A stretch of DNA of 64,000 bases from Aotus nancymaae (lineage: Eukaryota): positions 6,451,875 to 6,515,874 of the forward strand of contig NW_026988420.1 in NCBI RefSeq assembly GCF_030222135.1, written 5' to 3'. The notes beneath the pieces were generated by a model. It was given only the letters and a program-made list of their open reading frames with translations. It was not told the DNA's origin and ran no database searches. Of this stretch, positions 62,655-64,000 are shown piece by piece. Position 1 is the stretch's first letter, and each line of letters begins with the position of its first letter. A program made the position numbers and the translations under genes.

Positions 62655-64000
62655 CTTTCCTTCTTCTTTTTTTTTTTATTGCATTTTAAGTTTTGGGGTA
62701 CATGTGAAAAACATGCAAGATTGTTGCATAGGTGCATAGGTGGCAGTGTGATTTGCTGCCTTCCTCCCCTTTACCTATATGTGGCATTTCTCCCCATGCT
62801 ATCTCTCCCCAACTCCCCACCCACCACTGTCCCCCCACTCCCCTCAACAGACCCCAGTGTATAGTGCTCCCCTCCCTGTGTCCATGTGTTCCCATTGTTC
62901 AACACCCGTCTATGAGTGAGAACATGCAATGTTTGATTTTGTGTTCTTGTGTCAGTTTGCTGAGAATGATGGTTTCCAGGTTCATCCATGTCCCTACAAA
63001 GCACGCGAACTCATCGCTTTTGATGGCTGCATAGTATTCCATGGTGTATATGTGCCACATTTTTCCTGTCCAGTCTATCATCGATGGGCATTTTGGTTGG
63101 TTCCAGGTCCTTGCTATTGTAAACTGTGCTGCAATGAACATTCGTGTGCATGTGTCCTTATAGTAGAACGATTTATAATCCTTTGGATATATATCCAGTA
63201 ATGGGATTGCTGGGTCAAATGGAATTTCTATTCCTAGGTCCTTGAGGAATTGCCACACCGTCTTCCACAATGGTTGAACTAATTTACACTCCCACCAACA
63301 GTTTAAAAATGTTCCTATTTCTCCACATCCTCTCCAGCATCTGTTGTCTCCAGATTTTTTAATGATCGCCATTCTGACTGGCGTGAGATGGTATCTCAAT
63401 GTAGTTTTGATTAGCATTTCTCTAATGACCAGTGATGATGAGCATTTTTTCATATGCTTGTTGGCCTCATGTATGTCTTCTTTTGTAAAGTATCTGTTCA
63501 TATCCTTCGCCCATTTTTGAATGGGCTTGATTGTTTTTTCTTGTAAATCTGTTTTAGTTCGTTGTAAATTCTGGATATCAGCCCTTTGTCAGATGGGTAA
63601 GCTGCAAAGATTTTTTCCCATTCTGTTGGTTGCTGATTCACTCTATTGACTGTTTTTTTTGCCTTGCAGAAGCTGTGGAGTTTGATTAGGTCCCATTTGT
63701 CTATTTTGGCTTTTGTTGCCAATGCTTTTGGTGTTTTGGTCATGAAGTCCTTGCCTACGCCTATGTCCTGAATGGTTTTCCCTAGGTTTTCTTCTTGGGT
63801 TTTTATGGTGTTAGGTCTTATGTTTAAGTCTTTACTCCATTTGGAGTTAATTTTAATGTAAGGTGTCAGGAAGGGGTCCAGTTTCTGCTTTCTGCATATG
63901 GCTAGCCAGTTTTCCCAACACCACTTTATTAAACAGGGAATCCTTTCACCATTGCTTGTTTTTATCAGGTTTGTCAAAGATCAGATGGTTGTAGATGTGT
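62655..64000 (-). mobile_element. Young primate L1 (L1PA-type) 3' half in minus orientation, continuing beyond the window end
   Basis: The T-run at 62660-62675 is the poly(A) on the minus strand. Next, ttgcattttaagttttggggtacatgtgaaaaacatgcaagattgttgcataggtgcataggtggcagtgtgatttgctgcc is the reverse complement of the L1 3' terminus. Long antisense ORF2 fragments include ...[89 protein letters not shown]... and ...[52 protein letters not shown]... Confidence 0.9.

Noticed and set aside
62686-63201. Plus-strand ORFs of 61-100 aa at the window end
   Set aside because: They are antisense to the minus-strand L1 ORF2. The proline/serine-rich peptides from the L1 3'UTR complement are known non-genes.

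Overview
This window is primate (almost certainly human) nuclear DNA, not a prokaryotic locus. The evidence is more than 45 Alu SINEs, several L1 LINEs, MIR and MaLR fragments, and an endogenous retrovirus remnant. I found no operon-like or defence 'system', and no rRNA, tRNA or CRISPR features. The 79-bp tandem array at 11.8-12.7 kb is a eukaryotic minisatellite, not CRISPR.

Recognisable content, in order:
- 0.9-3.0 kb: the last two coding exons of MICU2 (EFHA1) on the + strand, including an EF-hand loop and the stop codon, followed by its probable 3'UTR.
- 7.8-16 kb: an ancient L1 scaffold broken up by nested insertions. These are an Alu cluster, an unclassified 1.5-kb insert carrying a 79-bp minisatellite with a 3-unit higher-order period, and a frameshifted PIN4 (parvulin-14) processed pseudogene.
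- 14.2-18.1 kb: an Alu-dense tract.
- 26.4-31.4 kb, minus strand: a 5'-truncated class II (HERV-K-like) provirus remnant with integrase C-terminus, env SU, env TM and a 3' LTR. A polypurine tract sits directly before the LTR start. The LTR region contains, or abuts, a diverged ~320-bp tandem array.
- 25.8-26.2 kb and 31.8-32.2 kb: a ~440-bp inverted duplication (unique segment plus Alu) flanking the ERV block.
- 41.8-48.8 kb: a full-length but dead L1PA on the + strand, with an unclassified 574-bp insert.
- 50.1-55.3 kb: an L1M scaffold carrying a CpG-rich polyadenylated insert, abutted head-to-head by an Alu-led insertion on the opposite strand, plus a MaLR solo LTR and another interspersed repeat.
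- 49-62 kb, minus strand: colinear coiled-coil exons of an ANKRD26-like (ANKRD26/ANKRD36/CCDC144/ANKRD20A family) unprocessed pseudogene or gene copy. It shows frameshifts, stops and a tandemly duplicated exon.
- 62.7 kb to the window end: a young L1PA 3' half on the minus strand.

Coordinates are hand-derived and approximate to about 10 bp.
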